Notes under the pieces: model-generated
The model's input: the letters and a program-made list of their open reading frames with translations, nothing else
Databases searched by the model: none
Told to the model about the DNA's origin: nothing
Assembly (NCBI GenBank): GCA_045430275.1
Contig: JAILXU010000002.1
Coordinates: 6,528 to 70,527 of the forward strand
Source: Oceanobacter sp.
Lineage (GTDB): Bacteria; Pseudomonadota; Gammaproteobacteria; Pseudomonadales; Oceanobacteraceae
Length of the DNA: 64,000 bases
Direction of reading: 5' to 3'
Shown: positions 18,858 through 29,745 of the stretch, one piece after another
How positions within the stretch are numbered: position 1 is the stretch's first letter
Layout of the letters: each line of letters begins with the position of its first letter
Program-made: the position numbers and the translations under genes

Positions 18858-21365
18858 ATGTTTCGGCGACCCGTTTTGTCCCACACGTTTAAACCGCCCA
18901 GATCACGCCTGTCGCGGCAGTTGTCGTTTATTATTCGCGGCATTCTGGTGGCGGTGTTTGTCTTCGTGTATCTGTACACCGTGCCGATGATTAAACAAAA
19001 GGTGTTCGAGATTGAGCGCAATGCCAGTCACCTCGCCCTCAACAATGTGTTTGAGGTTGCCAACCGGATGTACGCCGGGGTTGAGCAATATCGTCAGCAG
19101 GCTCTGCACAATCACAAGGAACAGCTCAATCTGGTGGTTGGGCTGGCCGAGGTTTTCCTGCAATCGCATTTTCGGGAAGCGCTGAAACAGGGCATTCCGA
19201 TCCAGCAGGCGCGGCAAACCGCGTTCTCGTATCTGCGGGACTTTTCCTTCGGCAACAACGATTACATCTGGGTGATTGATTACGACGTCAATGTGCTGTC
19301 TCACCCTGACCCGCGTTTTCATGGCGGTGCGCCGGGGCGTCTGAACGACGAGGATAAGGACATTCTGGGGAATGTGGTCAGGCAGGCCATCCGCGATGGC
19401 GATGGTTATTACCACTATCAATGGCCACGAATTTCAGGCCCCGAGCGCATCGACAAGGTCTCTTATGTGCGCAATTACCCGCAATGGGGCTTTGTGATTG
19501 GCTCCGGGATTTATCTCGACGATCTGGAAAAGGAAGTCCAACTGCGCAAGGAGCAGGCCTTGCAGGATTTGCGTCAGGCCCTGCAGGAAATCAAGGTCGC
19601 CAAAACCGGTTATATGTACGTGTTTGATTCCAGCGGCCACATGCTGATTCACCCCAACAGCAACCTCGACGGCCTGATCTTCACCAGCCATCAGAACCCG
19701 GTGTCACACCGGCCGATTTACAAGGAGTTGATCAACGTGGCCGACACCGGCCAGGAACTCCACTACCGCTGGGACAAGCCCGACGACCCCGGCAACTACG
19801 CTTACGGCAAACTGGCATTGGTGCGCTATATCGAGGGGTTTGACTGGTACATTGGTTCGTCGGTGTATCTGGACGAATTGCAAAGCAGCTCGGAAATTCT
19901 CAGTTCTCGCATCATGGTATTGGCCGCCATCACCATGCTGGCAACGCTGTTTATTTCCAATTTCTTCGTCAACCGCATCACCCGACCTCTGGAAAAGCTG
20001 GCTGAAACCGCGCTGCGGGTGCGGGGCGGCGACCTGTCGGCCCGTGCCAATATTCACCGCGATGATGAGATCGGCATTCTCGCCACCAGCTTCGATGCCA
20101 TGGTGCAGCGGCTGAAAAACAGCATTGATACCCTCGACAGCAAGGTCAAGCAACGCACCGAAGAGCTGGCCGAAACCAACGCCAAGGCCCAGCGTATGAA
20201 CGCCGTCGGACAATTGGCCGGTGGGCTGGCCCACGACTTCAACAACCTGCTGTCGATCATCGTCGGCAATCTGATTCTGGCGCGGGAACATCATGGTGGC
20301 GAACACAACCCGGAGCTGGAAAAACTGCTTTCTCCCGCTGAGCGAGCGGCCCGGCGCGGTGCAGATATCACCCATCGTTTGCTGGCTTTTTCTCGCCGCC
20401 AGCCATTGCAGCCAGAAGCCGTACCGGTTCAGACGCTGGTTCAGGATGTACAGGAACTGCTGACCAATTCCATGACCAGCCAGATTCACCTCGCCTTTCA
20501 GGCCACACCGTCTGATAATTCCCTGTTCGCTTGTGTTGATCCGGCCTACCTTGAAAATGCGCTGATCAACCTGGGCCTGAATGCCCGCGATGCCATGCCC
20601 GATGGCGGCGAAATCCGGTTCTTTGTCAGCGCCCGGAGCATCAGCCACCCTCTGGCCTACGATGAGCTGGTCAAGCCGGGGCAGTACATCGCCATTGATG
20701 TCCAGGATACCGGTGCCGGGTTCAGCGATGTGGCCCTCAAGCAAGCACTGGAACCATTTTTCAGCACCAAGTCTGGCCATGCCAATTCCGGGCTGGGGCT
20801 GTCGATGGTGTACGGCTTTGTCAAACAGTCGTCCGGGTATCTGCGGCTGGGCAATCGTTCTGAAGGTTCAGGTGCCTGCATTCAGCTATTGCTGCCTGCC
20901 TGTTCGGCCCCGGCATCACCGGCCTCGGATAACCCAACTCATGATGATTTATCCAACCTGACCGGCAGTCTGTTTCTGCTGGTGGAAGATGAACCCGATG
21001 TACGTACCGTCATTCGAGGGCAACTGATGGAGCTGGGCATTCATGTGATTGAAGCCAGCGACAGCGATGAAGCCCTCTTGCTGCTGGACACACTGGAAGA
21101 AACCACGTCTGGCAGCGCTCCAGCGGCGGCCATTCGAGGCCTGATTTCCGATGTCATGATGCCCGGCAGCATGAACGGCTATGCACTGGCCAGACTGATG
21201 CAGCAGCGCCAGCCCAATGCTGTTATTTTGTTGGTGAGTGGTTATGCGTTTGAGTCGGACTCCAGCCCACAGCCGTCCCCGTTTCCCTTGCTACGCAAGC
21301 CGTTTGATCAACAACAACTGGCCCATGCACTGGCCAGAGCCATCTCAAAGAGGATTTCTGAGTGA
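18858..21365 (+). CDS. Hybrid sensor histidine kinase (Cache x2-HAMP-HisKA-HATPase-REC)
   Basis: Two TM segments flank two Cache-type repeats (DYIWVID...HPD; GYMYVFD...HPN); GGLAHDFNN; [16 protein letters not shown]; C-terminal SDVMMPG; start may be 18840 or 18858. Confidence 0.9.
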   Translation: MFRRPVLSHTFKPPRSRLSRQLSFIIRGILVAVFVFVYLYTVPMIKQKVFEIERNASHLALNNVFEVANRMYAGVEQYRQQALHNHKEQLNLVVGLAEVFLQSHFREALKQGIPIQQARQTAFSYLRDFSFGNNDYIWVIDYDVNVLSHPDPRFHGGAPGRLNDEDKDILGNVVRQAIRDGDGYYHYQWPRISGPERIDKVSYVRNYPQWGFVIGSGIYLDDLEKEVQLRKEQALQDLRQALQEIKVAKTGYMYVFDSSGHMLIHPNSNLDGLIFTSHQNPVSHRPIYKELINVADTGQELHYRWDKPDDPGNYAYGKLALVRYIEGFDWYIGSSVYLDELQSSSEILSSRIMVLAAITMLATLFISNFFVNRITRPLEKLAETALRVRGGDLSARANIHRDDEIGILATSFDAMVQRLKNSIDTLDSKVKQRTEELAETNAKAQRMNAVGQLAGGLAHDFNNLLSIIVGNLILAREHHGGEHNPELEKLLSPAERAARRGADITHRLLAFSRRQPLQPEAVPVQTLVQDVQELLTNSMTSQIHLAFQATPSDNSLFACVDPAYLENALINLGLNARDAMPDGGEIRFFVSARSISHPLAYDELVKPGQYIAIDVQDTGAGFSDVALKQALEPFFSTKSGHANSGLGLSMVYGFVKQSSGYLRLGNRSEGSGACIQLLLPACSAPASPASDNPTHDDLSNLTGSLFLLVEDEPDVRTVIRGQLMELGIHVIEASDSDEALLLLDTLEETTSGSAPAAAIRGLISDVMMPGSMNGYALARLMQQRQPNAVILLVSGYAFESDSSPQPSPFPLLRKPFDQQQLAHALARAISKRISE

Positions 21366-22096
21366 CCCGATCTACCCTGATTTATCTGATCGAAGACGAC
21401 AGCGACATCGTAACCCTGGTCACTCAGGAACTGGAACGCTTTGGTCATCAGGTCAAGGCGTTCCGCACCGGCAGCCAGGCTGAAGTGGCCTTGCGACAGC
21501 AGCAACCGGATGTCTGCATTGTTGATCTCGGTCTGCCGGATATGGACGGCCTGTCATTGGTGCGAGATCTCACCAGCCGCGACCGGATTGGCGTCATGAT
21601 TCTTTCCGGGCGCGACAGCTTGCCAGATCGTGTTCTGGGACTGGAGCTGGGTGCCGATGACTATGTCAGCAAACCGTTCGACCCCCGCGAGCTGGTGGCT
21701 CGCATCAACAGCATCATTCGCCGCCTGAATAAAAGTACCCGTCAGACACACAGGGCTCCCGACGTCGATGCCGCCCATCAACAGGCGTGTTTCGATCGTT
21801 GGGTTTATCAACCGGCCACCCTGACGTTGCGTTGTGATCAGGACGAAGAAACCGTTTTGAGTGCCGGTGAAGCTGAGCTACTCATGCAATTGCTGCGACA
21901 CCCCAAAGTCATTCTCAGCCGAGAGCAGTTACTTCGGGATCAGGACGAAGCCTTTGATCGCAGCATTGATGTGCGCATGTCCAGAATCCGTAAAAAAATA
22001 GAACAAAACCCGCGCTCTCCTCGTTTAATTAAAACGATATATGGCATGGGTTATATGCTGACAACCGACGTTGAGTGGTCTCAGGGAAAAACATAA
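21362..22096 (+). CDS. OmpR-family response regulator
   Basis: LIEDD, DLGLPDMDG, LGADDYVSKPF, RSIDVRMSRIRKKIE, IKTIYGMGY; GTGA overlap with the kinase. Confidence 0.92.
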   Translation: MTRSTLIYLIEDDSDIVTLVTQELERFGHQVKAFRTGSQAEVALRQQQPDVCIVDLGLPDMDGLSLVRDLTSRDRIGVMILSGRDSLPDRVLGLELGADDYVSKPFDPRELVARINSIIRRLNKSTRQTHRAPDVDAAHQQACFDRWVYQPATLTLRCDQDEETVLSAGEAELLMQLLRHPKVILSREQLLRDQDEAFDRSIDVRMSRIRKKIEQNPRSPRLIKTIYGMGYMLTTDVEWSQGKT

Positions 22097-22371
22097 ATTA
22101 CGGCCAATACGTGAGCCACTATGGTAAAACGTGCCAGATACTTTCTTTATTCAGAAGTTTGCACTGTTTGTTTGCCAGACAATATCCGTACCGGACTGTG
22201 GGCAATCTCTTACAAAAAGGGCGATATAAGGACAGTTGTGTGTGCATATTTCTCATATTATGATGGTTATATCAAAATGCTCTTTTACCCTATTCGAAGT
22301 TTCTGTAGTCTCCCGCATTCTGAACAGGGTATCCTGACATAACCCATATTTTGCTCTATCAAGGAAGGTAT

Positions 22372-23016
22372 ATGCTCAAGCTACTGACTCGAATCTGCAT
22401 TGCTGCTACGGTTGTTGTCATGGCCGGGTGCGCTACTCAGATCGTACCCAACGCTCCCGATGAAGTCAGTGCTGCGAAACTGGACAGCAAGACCGGGGTG
22501 TTGGTCGGCAGCTTTTCTCGCATTACAGAGCGACAGGAGCACGTTTCCCACGCGATTTACTTCCAACATGAGAACCCTGACTATCTTCCCTATGAAATTC
22601 GCTCATTTCATGGCAATGACATGTTGGGTCTCCACCCTGAAGACGACTTCCATGAATCCGACCGGGAAGGTCTTTTGTTTGCGTTTGTTCTGCCTGCTGG
22701 CAATTATCATTTTGTATCCTACGCCCTGGAAAGTGGCGAAGGTCACTGGCGTCCCACCAAACCGTTTTCCGTTCCTTTTAAGGTGGAAGCCGGTAAAGTG
22801 AACTATGTCGGTGATATCCATCTGGTGGTTAATGAAGGCAAAGATATGTTTGGTATGACAACAGCCAAAGGCGGGAAATTTCATTTCATCAATGCAAAGA
22901 ATAAAGACATACCCATATTAAAAAACAAATACCCGGATATTCCCTGGAATGACCTGGCCATTACGGTTCCCAATCACGCACGCGAATATCCCAAACATTC
23001 CATTGCATCAGAATAA
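22372..23016 (+). CDS. Hypothetical lipoprotein
   Basis: Lipobox VMAG-C after hydrophobic signal; AAGGAAGG RBS; visibly more AT-rich than neighbours. Confidence 0.75.
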   Translation: MLKLLTRICIAATVVVMAGCATQIVPNAPDEVSAAKLDSKTGVLVGSFSRITERQEHVSHAIYFQHENPDYLPYEIRSFHGNDMLGLHPEDDFHESDREGLLFAFVLPAGNYHFVSYALESGEGHWRPTKPFSVPFKVEAGKVNYVGDIHLVVNEGKDMFGMTTAKGGKFHFINAKNKDIPILKNKYPDIPWNDLAITVPNHAREYPKHSIASE

Positions 23017-23664
23017 GTGGCCATCGGACTCACACCGAAGCGTCACATTCCCCGCCGTCTGATTCACCAGACGGCGTTGCAATAAAGGCCACTCATCGGT
23101 TGCCGCCTCAATCGTGAACAGCACACATTCACTGTATTCGGCTTCTCCCAGCAACACATCACACTCCCCCAACAAATGCCGAACCAGCGCTTCATGCGCA
23201 TAATCAAAACGCAACTGCACCCGTTCTCGTGGAATACGCAAACAGGTCGGCAAGTCTTCCAGCACCTGTGACACCGCATCCGAGTAAGCCCGTTGCAAGC
23301 CCCCCGTCCCCAGCTTGATACCACCAAAATAGCGCACCACCGCCACCACAATTTCCCCCAGACCGCTGTGCTGCAACACATTCAGCATTGGGCGGCCAGC
23401 CGTACCGCTGGGTTCTCCGTCATCACTCATGGACAACACCGTAGTATTCGGCGCTCCGGCGATATAGGCCCAGCACACATGCCGAGCCTGAGGGTATTGC
23501 TCCCGAATCTGGCGGATAAAGGTTTCCGCTTCCTGGCGATGACTGGCGGGGCCAGCAAAAGAAATAAACTGGCTGCGCTTGATTTCAAATTCGGTGGTGT
23601 GGACGGGCGTCGCAGGCATGCGATAGGAAGGAGGGACAGGAGACATAATCATCACGGCGTTCAA
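23008..23664 (-). CDS. yigZ: YigZ/IMPACT family protein
   Basis: EIKRSQF, ARHVCWAY, SDDGEPSGTAGRPML, VVRYFGGIKLGTGGL; true start probably a few codons downstream. Confidence 0.92.
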   Translation of the reverse strand: MNAVMIMSPVPPSYRMPATPVHTTEFEIKRSQFISFAGPASHRQEAETFIRQIREQYPQARHVCWAYIAGAPNTTVLSMSDDGEPSGTAGRPMLNVLQHSGLGEIVVAVVRYFGGIKLGTGGLQRAYSDAVSQVLEDLPTCLRIPRERVQLRFDYAHEALVRHLLGECDVLLGEAEYSECVLFTIEAATDEWPLLQRRLVNQTAGNVTLRCESDGHLF

Positions 23665-23715
23665 AAAGACGCCTGGGAGTGTACTCGGCCACTCCCGGAT
23701 CTGCCAGAAGTGAGC

Positions 23716-24432
23716 TTATTCCGTACGGCTGTCCAAACGCCCGAGAATGGACGCCACCTCAACGTGGGACTTCTGCAGCCAAACACGGGTACGCTGGCGC
23801 TCCATCAATGTCATACCTTGTTCACCCTGATCCTGAGCATTGATGGCCGACCAGAAACTCAAGCTGTGTTTGTTAATTTTGAACATGGTGTTGGCGTGCA
23901 AGGCAGGCAGGTTAATGACACCAATGTCTGCCAGATCATCATCACCGGCGGATTCGATCACGGCATCCACGTCGGAAAAGTCACATCCCCGACCGGCATT
24001 TTTCACCACCACACACTGAATGTAATACTGATATTTGGCTAAAAACGATTCCAGCAGAGTGGCTGAATCCGGGCTGTCATCGACGACGTACCAGAATACG
24101 ATGGGAATGTTCATTTCCTCGGCCATATCCAGCACACCGTTTTCATCAATCCAGCGATCCAGAAAACGCTGGCTCTGAGCGGGCAGATCCACGATCACTT
24201 GCTGGCTGGATTCCAGTGCCAGCTCCATAATGACATCGGTACTTTCAAATTCTTCCAGCACCAGTGGCCGAGTAAATTCCGGGTAATAACGCGTAGTTGT
24301 CGCGTGCGACTGATCGGCATCCAGTCCGACATAATGCAAACCATAATCGAGGCAATATTGGGAAAACAGGCGAGAAAATACCGACTTGCCCACGCCGCCT
24401 TTTTCGCCTCCAACAAAATGAATCATGCTCAT
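23716..24432 (-). CDS. ParA/MinD-superfamily P-loop NTPase, MobD-like
   Basis: Deviant Walker A GGEKGGVGKS; DAD; VIVDLPAQ; VKN-GRG; start placed at ATG 24432. Confidence 0.7.
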   Translation of the reverse strand: MSMIHFVGGEKGGVGKSVFSRLFSQYCLDYGLHYVGLDADQSHATTTRYYPEFTRPLVLEEFESTDVIMELALESSQQVIVDLPAQSQRFLDRWIDENGVLDMAEEMNIPIVFWYVVDDSPDSATLLESFLAKYQYYIQCVVVKNAGRGCDFSDVDAVIESAGDDDLADIGVINLPALHANTMFKINKHSLSFWSAINAQDQGEQGMTLMERQRTRVWLQKSHVEVASILGRLDSRTE

Positions 24433-24635
24433 AAAATAATCCTTGTGACATTCGATCAGGCCAACAGGGCCGCTGTTAAAAGAAGTTTCGGGTATAGCAT
24501 TCCAGTGTGACAGAGCCGCCATCAGAGAGCGCTGTTTAAGCCTCGATGATCGCTTTATACTGCCCGGATTATCGTATCAATCTGGCCATTTGGCCTGATT
24601 CATGTCATCAACTGCCTCCGTGACCCATCCTAATC

Positions 24636-25463
24636 ATGAGCAAGAAAAAACGCCGCGAGATTCCGCATTATCAGCTTCCCATGGCTGAAACCCACTTTCA
24701 CCTGGACTACCTGAAGGAAGGTTCAGCCGAAGAGATTCTGCAAGCCGCCCGCGCTATTGGCGTGGAACGCTTTATGACCATCAGTGTGCAGCCTGACAAC
24801 ATGCCCATTGCCTTGCAGTTGGCCGAGCAGCACGAAGATGTCTACGCCACCATCGGCGTCCACCCGCACGAGGCAGCCAGTTACGACGACAGCACCACGG
24901 CTTATCTGCGCACCCACGCGATTCATGACAAGGTAGTTGCCATCGGTGAAATCGGGCTGGATTACTATTACGACCACTGCGACCGGGAAGTGCAGCGTCG
25001 GGTCTTGTGTCAGCAACTGGAAATCGCCATCGAAAGCGCTCTGCCGGTTGTGATCCATACGCGCGAAGCGGATGAAGACACGCACGCCATTCTGCGCGAA
25101 TACGCGCCACAAATGCCCCGTAAAGGCGTGGTACACAGTTTCACCTCCGGCATGGCACTGGCTCAGACAGCGGTGGAATTAGGGTTTTGCCTCGGCATCA
25201 ACGGCATTATCACCTTCAACAAAGCCGATAACGTACGGGAAGTGGTTGCAGCAACGCCGCTGAGCCATCTATTGCTGGAAACCGATGCACCGTATCTAAC
25301 GCCGGTTCCTTACCGGGGCGCAGAGAATGCCCCGCGCTTCCTGCCATTCATTGCCGAGCGCATTGCGGAAGTCAAAGGCCTCAGTGTCGAAGACGTCCTG
25401 CAGCAAACCTGGCACAACAGCCTGCAGACGTTCTTTCCTGACGAGATTACGGGTTCCGCCTGA
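24636..25463 (+). CDS. tatD: TatD family hydrolase/DNase
   Basis: ETHFHLD, GVHPH, AIGEIGLDY, IHTREA, GVVHSF, LLETDAPYL. Confidence 0.9.
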   Translation: MSKKKRREIPHYQLPMAETHFHLDYLKEGSAEEILQAARAIGVERFMTISVQPDNMPIALQLAEQHEDVYATIGVHPHEAASYDDSTTAYLRTHAIHDKVVAIGEIGLDYYYDHCDREVQRRVLCQQLEIAIESALPVVIHTREADEDTHAILREYAPQMPRKGVVHSFTSGMALAQTAVELGFCLGINGIITFNKADNVREVVAATPLSHLLLETDAPYLTPVPYRGAENAPRFLPFIAERIAEVKGLSVEDVLQQTWHNSLQTFFPDEITGSA

Positions 25464-25495
25464 CCGGCCCAATCGCCAGGCCAATTAACAGGCAT

Positions 25496-25523
25496 AAAAA
25501 ATCCCCGACCAGCGGGGATTTTT
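25496..25523. terminator. Bidirectional intrinsic terminator
   Basis: AAAAAATCCCCG-ACCAG-CGGGGATTTTT between convergent tatD and terE. Confidence 0.85.
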
Positions 25524-25561
25524 AACAATCCGATTGCGGGCCAATCGTGGCCCGCAGCGAA

Positions 25562-26137
25562 TTAAACGTTAACGCCGTGCTGAACAGCCAGAGCAGCCAA
25601 GCCGCCAGCGAAACCCTGACCAACAGCGCGGAACTTCCATTCAGCGTTGTGACGGTACAGTTCACCGAAGACCATCGCGGTTTCCATGGAAGCATCTTCA
25701 GACAGATCAAAACGCGCTACTTCAGCATCGCTGTCGTTGTTCACGATGCGCATGAAGCTGTTGCTGACCATACCGAAGTTCTGGTTACGAGCTTCCGCTT
25801 CGTGGATAGTCACTGCGAACACCAGCTTTTTCACTTCTTCAGGGATTTTAGGCAGGGCAATTTTAACCTGCTCATCATCACCGTCGCCTTCACCGGTCAG
25901 GTTGTCACCCATGTGAGTAACGGAACCACAGGCGCTGACTTTGTTATTAAAGAAGATGAAAGACGCATCAGACAGCACTTTGCCATCATCACCGACCATG
26001 AATACGGAAGCATCCAGGTCGAATGCCGCACCGTCGGTAACGCGCATGTCCCAACCCAGGCCGACCATGGCTTCGGTCATGCTTGGAGCTTCCTTAGTCA
26101 GGGATACGTTTCCACCTTTGCTCAAAGAAACAGCCAT
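25562..26137 (-). CDS. terE: Tellurium resistance protein TerE (TerD family)
   Basis: [49 protein letters not shown]; last gene of the ter operon. Confidence 0.88.
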   Translation of the reverse strand: MAVSLSKGGNVSLTKEAPSMTEAMVGLGWDMRVTDGAAFDLDASVFMVGDDGKVLSDASFIFFNNKVSACGSVTHMGDNLTGEGDGDDEQVKIALPKIPEEVKKLVFAVTIHEAEARNQNFGMVSNSFMRIVNNDSDAEVARFDLSEDASMETAMVFGELYRHNAEWKFRAVGQGFAGGLAALAVQHGVNV

Positions 26138-26256
26138 TGTTATCTCCTAATTCACTGTATTTATTGTGTTATTTATCGGGTTTTACATACATAGTCAGTG
26201 GTTGCTTTGTCACCACAACCACTGCAAAGGTTCACACTGTCTCTGACGATGACACG

Positions 26257-26835
26257 TCAGGACGCATTAATGCCAAACTGAGAACACATCGCCATCAAAC
26301 CACCGGCATAACCTTGCCCTACGGCACGGAATTTCCAGTCACCGGCATGACGATACAATTCGCCAAAAATCATTGCCGTTTCCATCGAAGCATCTTCCGT
26401 CAGATCGTAACGGGCTGCTTCAACCTGAGATTCTTCATTGACCAGACGAATAAACGCCCCGGAAACCATACCAAAATTCTGATTGCGTGCATCGGCATCG
26501 TGAATCGTCACCGTGATGACGATCTTGTCTACATCCGCCGGAATCTTGGTCAAATCGACAACCAGTGCCTCATCGTCACCATCGCCTTCACCAGTACGAT
26601 TATCGCCGGTATGCGTTACCGAACCATCCACGGACACCAGGTTGTTGTAGAAAATGAAATCACTGTCAGACCGTACCTTGCCAGATGCCGACAACAGGAA
26701 TGCCGACGCATCCAGATCGAAATCCTGACCATCGGTGGAACGCGCATCCCAACCGAGACCAATCAACACTTTACGCATCGACGGGTCTGTTTTGCTCAGT
26801 GAAACATTACCGCCTTTTCCCAAAGAAACGCTCAT
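26257..26835 (-). CDS. terD: Tellurium resistance protein TerD
   Basis: [42 protein letters not shown]. Confidence 0.9.
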   Translation of the reverse strand: MSVSLGKGGNVSLSKTDPSMRKVLIGLGWDARSTDGQDFDLDASAFLLSASGKVRSDSDFIFYNNLVSVDGSVTHTGDNRTGEGDGDDEALVVDLTKIPADVDKIVITVTIHDADARNQNFGMVSGAFIRLVNEESQVEAARYDLTEDASMETAMIFGELYRHAGDWKFRAVGQGYAGGLMAMCSQFGINAS

Positions 26836-26968
26836 TATTATTCCCTCATAAGAGTAGATGGCTCACCGTCAGCAGACATCTGCTGAACCGGTGAGCTCGT
26901 TTCTGTCCGGCCAATGGGCCGGAACGCAAAGCCGCTGACAAACCAGGTTTGTAACAGCGGTGTCAAAC

Positions 26969-28024
26969 TTACGATTTGCCGGAATCAGAGGCTGTATCGT
27001 CTTCCTCAGTTTCCGGGAACATCACGCTGGCCACAATACCCAGAGCCAGTACAATCAAGACCACAACCAGGCTGCTTGTTGCCGAAATGCCAAAGCCATG
27101 ATGGAACATATGATCCGTCGCATTCAGGCCCAACTTAAAGGCAATAAAGAACAGCAACACAATCACCGCTTTCTCCAGATGCACCAGATAGCGCTTCATG
27201 CCTTCCAGTACAAAGTACAAGGTACGCAAACCCAGGATGGCGAACATCATGGCGCTGTACACAATCAGAGGATCGCGGCTGACTGCAATCACAGCAGGCA
27301 CCGAATCAAACGCGAACATCACATCCGACAACTCGACCACCGCCAGACACAACATCAATGGCGTAGCGTAGAAAGCGGCCTTGCCCACTTTGCCACCGAC
27401 TTCGGTGCCCTTGTTTTCCGGCTTGGCCAGCTCAGCATCCACGTCTTTTTTGGAGATCAGGAAAGAATGACCGTGCAGCTTGGGCCACACCGGGAAGATA
27501 CGTCCCACCATGCGGTAAGCCAGATGCTGGGAGTAATCCTCAATTTCGTCATCCTCTTCCTGGCTTTTGAGCATCATGACCGCTGTCCAGGCAACCACCA
27601 GCGCAAACACCAGCTCCACCCAAGGGCCTAACGCCAACAAGCCGGTACCAATGGCAACAAAGATGGCCCGGAAAACAATCGCACCGATAATGCCCCAATA
27701 CAGGACGCGGTGACGGTATCCATCCGGTACAGCAAACCAGGAGAAAATCGCCATCATCACGAACAGATTATCGACTGACAGAACCTTCTCCAGCGCGTAG
27801 CCCGTCACAAACAGGCTGGCCACCTCTGAACCATGACGGGCGTACAGGTAGCCCGCAAACGCCAGAGAAACACCCACCCAGAAAACCGACCACAGAGCCG
27901 CGCTTTTCAGGGGAATGGGCTTGTCGCCACGGTGCGCGTACAAATCAATCAGAATCGCTCCGATTGAAATAACGGCGAATACGACAACAGTCTCCAGCGG
28001 GAAACCGATACTTGTTGACTCCAT
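26969..28024 (-). CDS. terC: Tellurium resistance membrane protein TerC
   Basis: MESTSIGFP, EKVLSVDNLFV, HRVLYWGIIGAIVFR, ELSDVMFAFDSVPAV. Confidence 0.93.
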   Translation of the reverse strand: MESTSIGFPLETVVVFAVISIGAILIDLYAHRGDKPIPLKSAALWSVFWVGVSLAFAGYLYARHGSEVASLFVTGYALEKVLSVDNLFVMMAIFSWFAVPDGYRHRVLYWGIIGAIVFRAIFVAIGTGLLALGPWVELVFALVVAWTAVMMLKSQEEDDEIEDYSQHLAYRMVGRIFPVWPKLHGHSFLISKKDVDAELAKPENKGTEVGGKVGKAAFYATPLMLCLAVVELSDVMFAFDSVPAVIAVSRDPLIVYSAMMFAILGLRTLYFVLEGMKRYLVHLEKAVIVLLFFIAFKLGLNATDHMFHHGFGISATSSLVVVLIVLALGIVASVMFPETEEDDTASDSGKS

Positions 28025-28042
28025 GAAATGTGCCCTTGCGTA

Positions 28043-28498
28043 TTAAAGGTTGAACTCAGCCGGTGACAGGCCAAGCGCGATACAGATTTCACGGGTTGCT
28101 TCACGCTCCGCTTCATCAAAATCACCATCGCTCTTGCCGATAGCAATACCCACGCGTACCGCCAGTTGAGCGGCATCCTGCTGGTCTTTCAGGCGCACGA
28201 TGTACTTCATCGCTTCGCCCTTGCCGATGTCCATATCAAAGTCGTATTTGCCACAAACAGAGTTAAAGAAAGCGATCACTTCGTCGGTATCAAACACGTT
28301 CAGCTCTGGAGAGCTGGTGATGAACGCCATCATTTTCTGTTTTTCTTCCGCACTGGCACCATCGCTGGCCATGGCAATCCGTACACAAACAGCCACGGTG
28401 CCTTCCATAAATTTGCGGTTTTTAAAACGGCTTACCTGGGTTGCCAGTTCACCGCGACCTGAGTCAATCGCACTTTTGATCTTGTTCAGAAAAGACAT
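28043..28498 (-). CDS. terB: Tellurium resistance protein TerB
   Basis: KNRKFMEGTVAVC, ASDG...EEKQKM, FDMDIGKGE, IGKSDGDFD; start placed at ATG 28498. Confidence 0.9.
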   Translation of the reverse strand: MSFLNKIKSAIDSGRGELATQVSRFKNRKFMEGTVAVCVRIAMASDGASAEEKQKMMAFITSSPELNVFDTDEVIAFFNSVCGKYDFDMDIGKGEAMKYIVRLKDQQDAAQLAVRVGIAIGKSDGDFDEAEREATREICIALGLSPAEFNL

Positions 28499-28560
28499 CT
28501 GCATGCCTCCGGTTATCAGTTAATTGTGTAAAAAGAAGACGTGTTTTGGCCAGATGAAGG

Positions 28561-29745
28561 CTATTTACTGCCTCGACTCCAGCGGAAACCCCAGCCAAAG
28601 GCTTCGTCCAGCTCTTTCTGACCCTTGAAGAAACGGTTAATCCGTTCAATTTCAATGGCCCCGTTATTATTGTAAAGGCGAGCGATGGCGCACAAGTTGG
28701 CGGACGTACCATCCGTCAGGCGTGTCTCAATCGGCGGCTGATCAGGAATGTGAACAGTGGCCACGCCATCGGTGCCATCCCAGTTCGGCACACCTTCGTA
28801 AATAAAGGCGTAAATCAGCACTTCACGAATGGTATTCCACTGGCGACCATTGATGTGCATCCACTCGCCATCGACCGAAGCGCCCGTGCGATCATCGCCT
28901 TTCAGCAACACGAACGGCGGACTGGTAAAGCTCCCGAACGAACCGCCAAGTGCCTGAATCACACCTTTCTGACCGTCCTGGGTTTCGATAAAGGCCCCCA
29001 GATCCAGATCGATGTTGCCGTTCATCAAACCACTCAGGAAGCCTTTTTTCTCGGGCTTCTTGTTCCAGTTCAGATTGATGCGGATTTCACCGAAGTCTTC
29101 TTTCTTGGCCAGACTGACCTTGGGTTTTTCCTTGGTCAGCGACACCTTGCTCAAATTCACGAGCGTGCCCGGAGTCGGCGCGGGCGCTGCTGCAGGTGCC
29201 GGTGCCGGAGTTGAAGGCGCTGCTGGTGTTGAAGGCGCTGGCTCATCGTCCGCCACCTCCACACCAAAGTTTTCCGCCAGCGGCTTGAGACCGCCGTTGA
29301 AACCCTGCGAGACAAAGCGGAATTTCCAGTCCTGATTACGACGATACAACTCACCCATAATCAGCGCGGCTTCGCTGCGGCCTCCAGCATCAACATTGGC
29401 CGTGACCAACGTAGTGCCGTTCTCAACAACCTGAATACTTAACGGTGCCAACGCAGACACCGTTTGCCCTGCTGCTTCGCACGTAACCGTGAAAGCCACT
29501 TTCTGAACAGCGGCATTCAAGCCAGGCAAATTGATATCAAATACCGCTGCCTGGCCTTCGGTTGTCATCGAAATGGTGCCATCGTCAGTGCGAGTCTGAC
29601 CGTAAAACACCATGTCGCTGTCGCCTTGTACCTTGCCGTTGGCGTACAAACGAAACGCCGAGACATCCGCACTTTTTCCGGTGCTGACCCGAATCTGAAG
29701 ACGGGTCGCTGGCACAGGCGTGTTACCCCCTGCAGACAGCTCCAT
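28561..29745 (-). CDS. terA: Tellurium resistance protein TerA
   Basis: MELSAGGN, DSDMVFYGQ, Pro/Ala linker, second TerD-like domain IDLDLGAF, LKGDDRTG, FGWGFRWSRGSK. Confidence 0.9.
   Translation of the reverse strand: MELSAGGNTPVPATRLQIRVSTGKSADVSAFRLYANGKVQGDSDMVFYGQTRTDDGTISMTTEGQAAVFDINLPGLNAAVQKVAFTVTCEAAGQTVSALAPLSIQVVENGTTLVTANVDAGGRSEAALIMGELYRRNQDWKFRFVSQGFNGGLKPLAENFGVEVADDEPAPSTPAAPSTPAPAPAAAPAPTPGTLVNLSKVSLTKEKPKVSLAKKEDFGEIRINLNWNKKPEKKGFLSGLMNGNIDLDLGAFIETQDGQKGVIQALGGSFGSFTSPPFVLLKGDDRTGASVDGEWMHINGRQWNTIREVLIYAFIYEGVPNWDGTDGVATVHIPDQPPIETRLTDGTSANLCAIARLYNNNGAIEIERINRFFKGQKELDEAFGWGFRWSRGSK

Noticed and set aside
29207-29242. 18-bp repeat in terA
   Set aside because: Two imperfect copies encoding an ordinary Pro/Ala linker; not CRISPR or otherwise notable
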